Assembly (NCBI RefSeq): GCF_001194135.2
Contig: NC_068984.1
Coordinates: 133,039,495-133,103,494 of the forward strand
Length of the DNA stretch: 64,000 nucleotides
Direction of reading: 5' to 3'
Source: Octopus bimaculoides
Lineage: Eukaryota
Shown here: positions 52,565 to 64,000 of the stretch, piece after piece
Position numbering within the stretch: the stretch's first letter is position 1
How the letters are laid out: every line of letters begins with the position of its first letter
Notes under the pieces: generated by a model
What the model was told of the DNA's origin: nothing
Seen by the model: the letters and a program-made list of their open reading frames with translations, nothing else
Databases searched by the model: none
Position numbers and translations under genes: made by a program

Positions 52565-52937
52565 TAGGCACAGAAGTGACTGTGTGGTAAGAAGCTTGCT
52601 AAAGACAGACGAAATGCTTAGCAGTATTTCGTCGGTCTTTGCATTCTGAGTTCAAATTCCGCCGAGGTCGACTTTGCCCATCATCCTTTCGGGGTCGATA
52701 AATTAAGTACCAGTTACACACTGGGGTCGATGTAATCGACTTAATCCCTTTGTCTGTGCTTGTTTGGCCCTTTGTGGGCAATAAAGAAATAAGAAGTTTG
52801 CTTCCCAACCACATAGTTCTTGGTTCAGTTCTACTGTGTGGCATCTTAGGCAAGTGTCTTCTACTATAGCATTGGGCTGACCAAAGCCTTGTGAATTGAT
52901 TTGGTAGACAGAAACTGAAAGAAGTCCGTCGTATATA
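52565..52937 (+). mobile_element. Family B SINE interrupted by a 5'-rearranged family A SINE (52601-52789) with 13-bp TSD
   Basis: TSD TAAGAAGCTTGCT (52588-52600) / TAAGAAGTTTGCT (52790-52802). The family B sequence resumes TCCCAACCACATAG. Confidence 0.9.
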
Positions 52938-54887
52938 NNNNNNNNNNACAAGTAAAAGATAGAGGATAAAAGATATTTTCTTTTTTTTTTCAAACAGTAG
53001 AATTTCTTCCAGCATCATCGTATTAATGCAAAATCTAACTTATAAACAAACACATGGTAATTTCAGTAACAACAATTTAATAACCCTCTTCTGCTTGACT
53101 CTCCCAAGATTTCTGACATTCTGTGCTAACCATATGTTCTCTCTCCTCATCATGTTCCTAATCTCGTAACATTTGAATTAATTTCCTACTTTGAGCATCT
53201 TGTTTTACCCGATATAGCTCCCAGCCTCAATTTCTAACATCTCATTTTCTCAGGTATTATCATATTTTGGAAGATCTTGTTTATTTCTTTCTGTATCTTT
53301 TTGCATTTCCATATCATTTCTCGCTTTATTCTTCTTATTTCCTTTTCAATTGAATCACAGATGTTCTTTGGTAAATGGGATTTTCTTTTGTTTCACTTGT
53401 TTTCTTGTGGCTTTCTTTTTTTATTCTCAGAAAGTAAACGAGTTGTTTGGAGGTTTTTTTTTTTTTTTGCTGTTACCATTTCTATTTTTTTATTTCCTCT
53501 CATTTCAAATGTTACTTTGCCAGAAAAAGCTTCGATAGTTTATGTTCTTCAGCAACTGATTAAAATACAGTTGAAATATTGNNNNNNNNNNNNNNNNNNN
53601 NNNNNNNNNNNNNNNNNNNNNNNNNNNNNNNNNNNNNNNNNNNNNNNNNNNNNNNNNNNNNNNNNNNNNNNNNNNNNNNNNNNNNNNNNNNNNNNNNNNN
53701 NNNNNNNNNNNNNNNNNNNNNNNNNNNNNNNNNNNNNNNNNNNNNNNNNNNNNNNNNNNNNNNNNNNNNNNNNNNNNNNNNNNNNNNNNNNNNNNNNNNN
53801 NNNNNNNNNNNNNNNNNNNNNNNNNNNNNNNNNNNNNNNNNNNNNNNNNNNNNNNNNNNNNNNNNNNNNNNNNNNNNNNNNNNNNNNNNNNNNNAGGATT
53901 AGAAATGAAACTTCTTTTTTTCTCAGCCTCTTTCCACTTTCGCCTTTTCCTCTTTATGTTTTCCGCTTCTTAAAAATAAATATTGTTGTTTTTGTCATTG
54001 CTGACACCACCACCACCACCACCACCACCACCAAGTTGCAGCATGGTAATTTCCTATTTTTATTTTTCGCTTTACCTTCATACAATTATCTCTCTCTCTT
54101 TCTCTCACTCCCCCCCCTCTCTCTCTCTCTCTCATCGTTATCATTGTGGAGTAGTTTTCAATTGAATTAATTATAACCACTGAAATTAGTGGAATTGAGC
54201 AAGAGTTTCAGTAAACGTGGTGCCTTTGTAAGCCTTGCTAAATAACATTGCTATTTCTTCTTCTTCTCCCCTTCTTCCTCCTCATCATCCTCATTATCAT
54301 CATCATCATCATAATCATCATACAATTATGGGATCTTGATGTTCTACATCTAACACTGTAGTGATTGCATGTATTTTGTGTTGTGAATGCTTAAGCAGCC
54401 ATGCAATTTTCTAATGAGTATTAAATATTTGAAAACCATTGTAAATATTCGGCACATTGAAAGCAAACAAGCAGCTAAAATAGAACGCTAAATATTGAAA
54501 CCAACTTAAAATTCTTTTCATACGTGTGGCTTTAGTTTTCAATGCTGTAAATTTAAAGAGATATTCATTTCTCGTAAACATCAAACTTGCCCTTAATTAC
54601 CAATATCTGAATCTTCATTTCAGCTATTATACGTCTGTGTTCATCATCAGTATCATCATTTTTTTGTGCACTTTTCTATGCTTGTATGGGTTGGTTGGAG
54701 GTTTTTTGAGGCAGATTTTCTACTGCCAGATGCCTTTCCTGTCACCAATCCTCACCATTTTCCAAGCAGGCTAATATTTCCCCATGACCACTCATGTTTT
54801 TACAGTATATTGTCAACGATTGACACTGCTTGTATGACAGTTACACTCATTTACAGGTGTCATTCAATGTCGAGACAAGGAGATATA

Positions 54888-54924
<37 letters not shown>

Positions 54925-55039
54925 GCTTCTTTCAGTTCTCATCTACTAAATCTATTCACATGGCTTTGTTCGGCTCAGGGTTATAATAAAAGGCACATTG
55001 GGGGACTGAACTTAGAACCATGTAGTTCATATCAGAATT

Positions 55040-56120
55040 AAATAGAATTGCATGAAGAATGAACAGGCATGCTGATGGAACTAACTAGTAGGTCGATGAG
55101 GGGTGATGTTTAGCTTCAACTTTTGGAGGTTGATGTCTGTAAGAAGAGCTTGAGCAAGGTTTGAGATCTTGGCAGTTGCAGTTCTGGGGAAGAAGCACCG
55201 AGAAAGGTTCTCTTGAACAATTCTGATAGTGAAAGGCCACTAGTGTATGATGTAATGGAGTAAGGCCCCCATGGATCTAACCGAAATGAGTCAATAAGAG
55301 AGAAAGTCTGTAATTAGAAAGAGAACTATTGAAATGTTTAATGAAGATAAGAGCTAGCTATGGAGTTTACAATTTGAGATGGAAGGACACTATCAGGACC
55401 AGTTGTTTTGTTGAGGTGGTTGGTGTGATATTTGTTGTTATTGTTGGTTAACTCAAAATCAACCCTGATCAAGCAAACTTGTGATTGAATACAAACCAAT
55501 TATGATCAATTCCTTCTTTTTTAGGGTTGTAAAATACATGAAATAATACGTCTTTTCTTAAGACATTAGTTTGCGATTTGAGGGAGATTTAGTTGTTTCT
55601 AGCAAGATAACTTGGTGGCTATGTACACAATTGTGTGACAGGCACAGCAGACAGGAGAAGGAATTTTATTCGTTTGTGTATGTTCAAAAGCAAAACAGGC
55701 AGCAAGGTGTGTTGGATTTACCTGCAGAGATGTTACTTAGAGGGTCATTGCGTAGGAGGACTTTGCAAAGTTAGCAGTGAACAAGATGGCTCAGCTGCAA
55801 TTTGGGAGATGAGAAATCTTGCAACCTGGGTTGACGTATAATGGCATCTTTTGTTTTCTTAATGGCCATTTATAGGCATTGCAGTGGTACACAAAAGCCT
55901 TTCAGTTTGTAATAGTGAATCCTTTTAAGAGTTTGTGACAGTGCAAAGCTCCTTCTAGCCTGTATAGCTGCAGTCATTTTCTAATGAATCACTGGGTTAG
56001 TGTATAGTATCTTTATATTTTTATGTCAGATGGGTTAGGAAGTCAGCATAGAAGCGGAAGCTTATTTAGTTGATTTAAAATATCAGTGAATTTAGGTTGT
56101 AGAAGTTGTGTAATATGAGG
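55040..56120 (-). mobile_element. CR1-like LINE remnants (pre-RT region and ORF2 terminus), interrupted by family E
   Basis: The minus strand near 55.1-55.2 kb reads CFFPRTAT...DINLQKLKLNI (CR1 terminus). 55.6-56.0 kb is GC-richer decayed coding-like sequence. Confidence 0.55.
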
Positions 56121-57424
56121 ATATAATGTGTATTGCTTAATTAAACAATAATTAAAAGATCCGATAGGGGCTTGGGGTATGGGAAACAGTGATGGCTCAA
56201 TATAGATTTTTGTTGTTGTTTTGACCTAGGTCAGCCACAGTTGAGCAGATCTAATCACAGGATTTCTGGCTGTGGCTTATTTCATCTTTTATCTTTTATT
56301 AGTTTTAGTCATTCAACTGTAGCCATGCTGGAGCACCACCTTGAAGGGTTTAGTCAAGCAAATTCACCTCAGTACTTATTTTTTAAAACTCCGGTAGTTA
56401 TTTTATCACTCTCTTTTGTTGAAACTGCTAATTACAAGAACATAAACAAACCAACACCAGTTGCCAAGTGGTGGTGGATACACATATATACATATTAGAG
56501 TTTCTTACCACTATATATTATATATCATCATCATCATTTAACATCTGCTTTCCATGCTAGCATGGGTTGGATGATTTGACTGAAGACTGGTGAACCAGAT
56601 GACTACACCAGGCTCCAATCTGATTTGGTAGAGTTTCTACAGCTGGATGCCCTTCCTAACGCCAACCACTCCGAGAGTGTAGTGGGTGCTTTTACGTACC
56701 ATCGGCACGAAGGCCAGTCAGGCAGTACTGGCAATGGCCACGCTCGAAATGGTGTATTTTACGTGCCACCTGCACAGGAGCCAGTGCAGCGGTACTGGCA
56801 ATGAATTTGCTCGAATGTCTTAACACACGTGCGCGCACACACACACACACACATGCTTCCACACTTTCCGTCTACCAAATTCACTTATAAGGCATTGGTC
56901 AGCCTGGAACTATGGTAGCAGACACTCACCCAGACACTATGTGGTTGCAAAGCAAGCTTCTTAACTACACTGCCAATGTTTTTAGATATCGTATATCTTC
57001 CTTTTTTTTAAAGATTGTTGGATGTGATTTAAGGGAGATTTAGTCATCATTTCTAGTGAGCCCAAGTATCCCTCAACCATCCCAGAAGCTCTCTTGTAGG
57101 CTCAGGTGAGTAAAGGTTGTATTTACAGGAGAGACAGGTCAAAAGTATTTGGAGAATCAGTGTGTTGATGTGTATAAGTACGCAAGGAGCGAAACTGGTG
57201 TAGAAGGTCCAGAATGAGTACAGAAGGAGTGTGAGAGAGCTAAGACGAATGCGCTGACAGCAATGACTTCAGTGGGGAAGTGAGTTGAGATTGTTCTCAG
57301 TATTATTACTGTTCTCAGTAAAGGATGAGAGATAGTTGAACATCTACTGATGATCAAAGGAGAGACATGATGCTAATGCTCTGAATTGTATGTATATGCA
57401 GCTAAAACTAGTTTGCGAATATAT

Positions 57425-57820
57425 TGGTTTCAGATTTTAGCACAAGGCCTACAATTTCGAAGGAGCATGGATGAAGTCAATTACATCGACCCCCAGTGCT
57501 CAGCTGGTACTTACTTTATTGACCCTGAAAGGATACAAGGCAAAGTTGAACTTGGTGGAATTTGAACTCAGAACATAAAGACAGACAAAATACCATTAAG
57601 CGTTTTGCCCAGCATGCTAATGATTCTGCCAGCTCACTGCCTTAGTTTGAGAATATATTGTTTTTTACTCTAGGCACAAGGGCCGAAATTTTGGGGGAAG
57701 GGTACCAGTCGATTAGATCAACCCCAGTATGCAACTGGTAGTTAATTTATGGACCCCCAAAAAGATGAAAGGTAAAGTTAACCCTGGCAGAATTTGAACT
57801 CAGAGCATAAAGACAGGTGA
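57425..57820 (-). mobile_element. Two tandem family A SINE copies with different tails
   Basis: Copies at ~57425-57645 and ~57660-57820. Confidence 0.85.
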
Positions 57821-58723
57821 AGTTTGAGAATATATTGATTATATAATAGGAAAGCTTGTGCTAATCATAATCTGATTGGCACATACCTTATCAACATCAT
57901 CATCATCGTTTTAATGTCCACTTTTCGATGATCGCAAGAGTTGGACAGAATTTTGTTGTTGGATTTACTACAGCTGGATGCCCTTCTTGTCACCAACCTG
58001 TTTTCATAGAATATCAGGTGACACTCGTTTATAACCATCATGTGATGTTAAGGCAAAGAGACAGTAACACACACACTCTCTCTCTCTTTCTCTCTCTCTC
58101 ATACACACATTTTACACACACACACGCGTGATGGGTTTCTTTCAATTTCTGCCTACCTTATCAATTTACAAGATTTTGTTGGCTTGGAGCTATAGTAAAA
58201 GTCACTTGTGCAAGGTTCCATTCAATGCAACTGAACTAGAATCTTCTTGTGGTCGGGAAGCAAACTTCTTGTCACACAGCCACACCTGCACCTATTGTGT
58301 ATTTCCTTTTCTTTGTTTTATCAAAAATAAACCCAATTCAATCCCCGCTTATATTTTGATATTTTGCAGAGGAAAGGAACATGATTCATAGGATGTCACT
58401 CACATCTCCTTGAATAAGGAGGCACAGTCTATTTGCCCTACTAAAATAATATCAATTAAAAAAACAGGAATATTTGACAAACGCCAGGTAAATTTCTTTT
58501 CTTTTTCTTTTGTTTGTTACCTGATTTTTTTTGGTTTTATTGAAACAATGGTAAAAAAAACAAAATGGAGGGAAATTGAGAAAGTGTGAGAAAATAGAAA
58601 AAGGGGATGGGAAAATACTTAAATATTTCTTTAAAGGAATTACTTTCAAGTTGGGATTTGTATAAAAATTTTCTGTTTAAGATTTGTCTCTTCTGAATTT
58701 GCTTCACATATACACTCTGTGTG

Positions 58724-58754
<31 letters not shown>

Positions 58755-60014
58755 TTGTGTGTGTGTAAGAGAGATGTTCTTTCTTTTACTGTCTCTCTTT
58801 CTCTCTCTCTCTTTCTTTCTCACACACACACCCACACACACACTGTCAGCCCACCAATAAAACAGACAATGAGGAAATTTTTACATGGCCATTCAACATG
58901 TTAGAAATAGTAAATCACACTAGTCTTTAAAATAAAACGCAAGAACACATTAATTGATGTAATCCCGGTTGCACTATGCCTGAATAAGATTGGATGGTCA
59001 GAGCTGGAATGCTTTTGATTATAGGTATGCTTGATAAGGCTAACCCAAGGATAAACAACATCGGCAGATTGACATGCATTCTGACGTATCTACTTCCATA
59101 ATTGCACCCTAATTCCAACACATCATTATCATCATCATTGATAATTTAAAACAGTTGACTTCAGTTTATATTCTGGAAATAAGAAGAATCATTAATTTTT
59201 GGTTTTACCCCCAACAAAACCGAGAACGGATAAAGTTCCTTCAAAAGTCATATGGACTCAGAGGGCCAGTTTCATAGTTTCTGTGGCACATATACTCCCC
59301 ACTGGACAGGACACTGGTCCATCGCAGGATTACACATTTTTGTCAGCTGAGTGAACTGGAGGGCACATGAAATGTTTTGCTCAAGATCACAATGAATTGC
59401 TTGGTCCAGGAATTGAACCCAGTCTTATGATCACAAATGCAACACCGTAACCCCTAAGCCATGCTTCTCCACAAAGCATAACTGTAGCTAAAAATACAAA
59501 TGGTGGTTTTTAACAGTCTTATTGCTAAGAACATGTCATTAGTGAAACATATTTAAAGATTTTGGGCTTCAGTGATTTTTCAGCCAATTTAGTGATAGAC
59601 ACCCTGTCTATGTGCATGTATGTGTTTTTGCTAGTGTATATTAATTTCATGCATTGTCATTCATAAGAGTCGACCAGTAGATTGTCTGAAAATCACTGAA
59701 GGCTAGATCTTTGGATTTGTTTCATTTCTGACACATTCCTAGCCATAAAATTGCCTATCACTACCACCACCACCACCTGGCTTTAGGTAAAAGAAAATAC
59801 AGGAGGATCAGTTGATTATGATTTTATTCACATATTCCCCTCTCAGATTCACACAAGGTTGGTGAAAGGATTCAAACCTATGACCCTTCACACTACTGTT
59901 TGACAACTTTGCCAGCTGTCAGTTCATATGCATACACATGCACACACACAACTCATATACACATATACTTTTACACACATCCCACCAGATGTGTGTAGAT
60001 TGCTGACCACTACA

Positions 60015-60175
60015 CATATATTTTTTTTCTCTCCTTGTTTCTTTCTGTGTTCCTTTCTGTTGAAGAGCGTAGGCTCGAAACGTTAAAGACTTTCTCTATT
60101 CCCAAGTGTTATACTAATACATCTGTTTGTTGCTTACACCACCTGTCTTCGTCTGTTGTTTTTTCGTGAATTCTC

Positions 60176-60180
<5 letters not shown>
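60015..60180 (+). mobile_element. Young interspersed repeat ending at (TA)n and carrying a minimal hammerhead-like motif (Penelope pseudo-LTR-like)
   Basis: CTTT-CTGTTGAA-GAGC-GTAG-GCTC-GAAAC-GTT-AAAG at 60053-60088. CpG-retaining and abutting (TA)n at ~60179. Confidence 0.55.
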
Positions 60181-60211
<31 letters not shown>

Positions 60212-60646
60212 ACCGTTAGGGACTGATGAAACATATGTAAAGTAAAGCACTTAATGGACACAATATCCTGGGTAACCCTATGAACCGGCCATAACTCTCT
60301 TTATCTAAATACTCTACTGCTCTGTAACTTAGAGTGTGCTTCTCTTTCAGATTTATGATTTACTGACAATATATGTGTGTGTGTGTGTGTATGTATATAT
60401 AGAGAGAGACGGACAGATAGATTACACATACACACACACCAGATTACATGTATATGCACACAAGCATTGCACCAAAAATACAAATGCATGCACACTTCAC
60501 ATACATATATTCACACATGACATATGTACTATGCATACACATTAACACAACACATGCAATCAGGTACATATACACACACCATTGATATACATACTTGCAA
60601 AAACACCCCTACACTTTACATATACTCACATCCCCCTTGTTACACT

Positions 60647-60796
60647 CTAACACAAAACAAAACCAGTGTTGGAGTTACATTTCTTGACCCCGTTAACCTT
60701 TTCCTTGAGCTCATCAACCTTTTTCTTGACCTCATTGATCATTTTGTTGATCTCTTTATTGACCTTTTTGTTGACTTCTTTCAAGATTGAATGCAT
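60647..60796 (-). other. Coding-like 49-codon ORF with coiled-coil/amphipathic periodicity (exon or TE ORF1 remnant)
   Basis: MHSILKEVNKKVNKEINKMINEVKKKVDELKEKVNGVKKCNSNTGFVLC*, built from 12-nt and 21-nt diverged units. Confidence 0.35.
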
Positions 60797-62235
60797 ATAG
60801 ATGAGACTATCAATATTTATTTACTCGAAACTCATGTTGTTATGTTCTTAGTCCAGTAACTATTGTCAGACTGTCAAACTATTGTTCAATAAGAGGTGTC
60901 AGTCAGAAGTTTTGTTTACACTTTAATAAGTAGCCTTTCATTACTATCATTTGCATTTTATGAGGGAAAGGTGAGCAGCAAAACTTAATGAATTGTTAAA
61001 TGACAATGAAACTAGTTAGCGCGGTTCTCATCCAAGCTTAATTTTACACCAAGACTAAATACATATGGATATGAGACTGAATTTATATTTATTCATAACC
61101 CCTGCTATTTTACTATTTTAGTAATTATTGTATTATATCAGATACCTTAAGTAGTAAATCAAGTACCTTAAGCAGCACATCAATATTATTAGGTATACCA
61201 AGACGACGGACTGGCTGAATCATTAGCATGCAGGGCAAAATGCTTAGTGGCATTTTGTCTGTCTTTACATTCTGAGATCAAATTCTGTCGAGGTTGATTT
61301 TGTATTTCATCCTTTTGGGGTTGATAAAATAATTACCAGTTGAGCACTGGGGTCAATGTAATTGACTTACTCCCTTTCACCGGACTTGTTGGCCTTGTGC
61401 CAAAATTTGAAGCCAGTATTATCAGGTATGCCTGATCACACCTGATAATTAACTATTACATCAGACATATTGTTACATCAAACCTTTTGAGTAGGTAAGA
61501 TGATACACTAAATGGTACATTAGACATATAATGTGTCATATCAAATACTTTGAGGATACATCAGATATCTTTAAAGATATATTATACACCTCAGGTAGTG
61601 CATTAACAATAACTGATACAAGAACAATGTTGCTTTATCAGAAGTACACCAAAAGCATGCAATGGTGGTGACATGATACAAATTTCTAACTGCTCAATCG
61701 GAGGAATTCCAACCACGTTTCGTGGTTTGCTAACTCAGCAGCTCCTTTACAGGATCCAGTGGTTAAGGACATCAAGAGGAACCATATCCAGTTTTGGCCC
61801 CTACTCCTCTACCATTTTCTAAAGTGGCGCGAGCCCCCACTCCCCCACCTTTCGGAGTTGTGTTCAGTTCTGGTGTTGAGTGTGTTTTTTTTTTTTGTTC
61901 TTTGGTTTCATTGTCTTCCTTGTAGTGTCAACAAATTTCAGCAGGCAAATGACCACCCTGCCAAATTTCCCTTTAAATACTCACCGTTAGGTGCCAGCTA
62001 ACTGTCATATGACACAAATCTAAGCTTCAATAGCCGGTATCAACTGTCACGTGTTGCAGTCTACTGGCCAATAGAGGGGAAGTATGCGTAGTTTTGGCTC
62101 GCTCCCTCTCTAGACCTACCTTTCTACAGAGTCGTGGGAATATCAGCTCCAGTAGCCAGTGCCAACTAGCTGTCTCATGGTACAAGCCTTCGAACTATCA
62201 GGAATACAAGCTGAAAGGACTTTGAGGTCGATCCA

Positions 62236-62427
62236 TTGACCCAATGAAACAGATGTTGTGAATGGTTGGTTTTGAAGTGTAATAGCCAATCGTCTTTCAG
62301 TACATTTTTTTGTTTGTTTTTCACTGTGCTTATTATTTTGACCCAATGAAACAAATGTTGTGAATGTTTGGTTTTGAAGTGTAATAGCCAATCGTCTTTC
62401 AGTACATTTTTTTGTTTGTTTTTTCAC
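62236..62427. repeat. Recent tandem duplication, 102-bp period
   Basis: TTGACCCAATGAAACAGATGTTGTGAATG...TTTTTCAC starts at 62236 and at 62338, with only a few differences. Confidence 0.95.
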
Positions 62428-63348
62428 AGAAACATATATGCTTATTATTTTATTTATTTACATATATTGTATTGTTTTAGGGTTTCTTATTGTGATAGAT
62501 GTATTGTACTGTTTATAAGCTTTCATAATATATATAGATTTACACAGTAATAAAGTAGTTTTAGACACTTTGTCCTTTGTTTTCTGCATGCACCTATCAA
62601 TTTCAATCTCAACAGAAAAAAAATTTTGGTCTTTTTGGCTACAAATGCCAAAACAGTGTGTGCCTCAAAAGAGTTAAGAATCTTACTTTGCAACCACATG
62701 GTTTCAGGTTCAGTCTCATTACCTGGAACCACGGGCAAGTGTCTTCTGCTATAGCGCTGGGCCAACTAATGCTGTTAAGTAGACAGAAACTTGTATATAT
62801 GTATGTTTGTCCCCTATCACTGCATAACAACCAGTGTGAGTTTGTTTACACCCACTTAATGGTTTGGCAAAAGATTCAAAATAATAAGAACTGACGTCAA
62901 TTTGTTTAACCATACCGTTGAAGGTGGTGCCCCAGCAGGCTACAATCCAATGGCTGAAACAAATAAAGATAAAGCATTGTTTTCTAATATTCTTGTTAAA
63001 TTTCACTTTATTCTATTTAACAATTGTTATTGAAAGACAAGCAGTTTTAAAATTCCTATCAATTTGATTAGCTGTTATTTTGATATATCTGTATATTGGT
63101 TAGTTTTTATCTTCCAGAATTCTTCTGTTGCTATTCAGCACAAAGTTTCCCTGTCAATTAGCTGCAGGAAACTTCTTGTGTGGTGTGGAATGATTATTTT
63201 TATTGTTTATTAAAAATTAATTTCTTTGATTAATATTTTGATTTCAATGTGTTTCATTTCCTGTTCAGCAAAGTTTCAAGCTTGTCAGGTTAACATGGCT
63301 CAGTCAGTTCACAGATTTTTATAACTCTCTTCTTAAAGAGTGGAAGTG

Positions 63349-63382
<34 letters not shown>

Positions 63383-64000
63383 CTTCCTTCTTTTAGATAA
63401 AATTCACTTACCACTACCAGGTAAATTGAATAGTCTGCCTTTCCTAAGGTTACTGTACAGTACCTGTGATAGGATTTGAAATCTTGACCTTTTAATTAAA
63501 TCAACCTCTACTCTAATCACTTCACAATCATGCATTCAGGTGAAATTCTTGTATATATTTTTTTTTCTGCTGTTTATTTTTGCCATTAATTAAGCTTCCA
63601 TTGATTTATTCCTATCCTAATTTCTTGCAAATCAAATATTCATTTGCACAAAGATAGGAATTTTAGTCTGCTTTAGTGTTTTCTCTTCTTGTTTCGCTGA
63701 TGCACAGGTTCTTTTGTTGGCATCGAATGGAGTGGATACTGGCATTCAAGTTATGCAACAGGAATCAATCTGTTAATCAAAAGTGTTATCTGAGCTCACT
63801 ACATTGCATGTTGAATATCTAAAATAAGAATTGCATGCTGTGATGCATGAAGCTCGTGTGTTGATAAAAATCTATAAGATCAATAATTCATTCTGGCTCT
63901 AAATCCATGGTAACTATTTTTATTAAATTGATTTTACTAAGTAGCAAATGAGATTGGTTCAGCAAGTAAATCACTAATAAATATTTTGGACATTATTTTG

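Noticed and set aside
60222-60250. CTGATGAAACATATGTAAAG, another possible hammerhead core
   Set aside because: No GAAA after a G-C-closed stem II and no stem I.
63413-63464. Minus-strand 52-nt open cassette with GTAAGT donor
   Set aside because: It overlaps what appears to be a decayed tRNA/CORE-SINE head.

Overview
AT-rich eukaryotic (animal) DNA from a short-read scaffold with six N-gaps. It is not prokaryotic, and there are no operons, rRNA, true tRNA genes or CRISPR. The dense (TA)n/(CA)n/(ATT)n microsatellites and the tRNA-derived SINE families suggest an octopus or other coleoid cephalopod genome (inference from repeat content). I could not support any host protein-coding exon. The listed ORFs are microsatellite, N-run or decayed-transposon artefacts. 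Recognisable content: the 3' end of a Ty3/Gypsy element (integrase tail, PPT, 264-bp LTR at 200-463), a fossil hAT transposase (2.7-4.4 kb), CR1-, RTE- and possibly R4-like LINE fossils, mariner and hAT MITEs, and dozens of SINE copies from about five families. CpG is frequent up to about 12-13 kb and scarce afterwards, suggesting the right ~50 kb lies in a methylated gene body. The best second-look items are hammerhead-ribozyme-like motifs (clearest at 60053-60088), a 49-codon heptad-periodic mini-ORF at 60647-60796, three fold-back inversions inside transposons, and a nested antisense SINE pair that should form dsRNA. I found no evidence strong enough to claim a new biological system.
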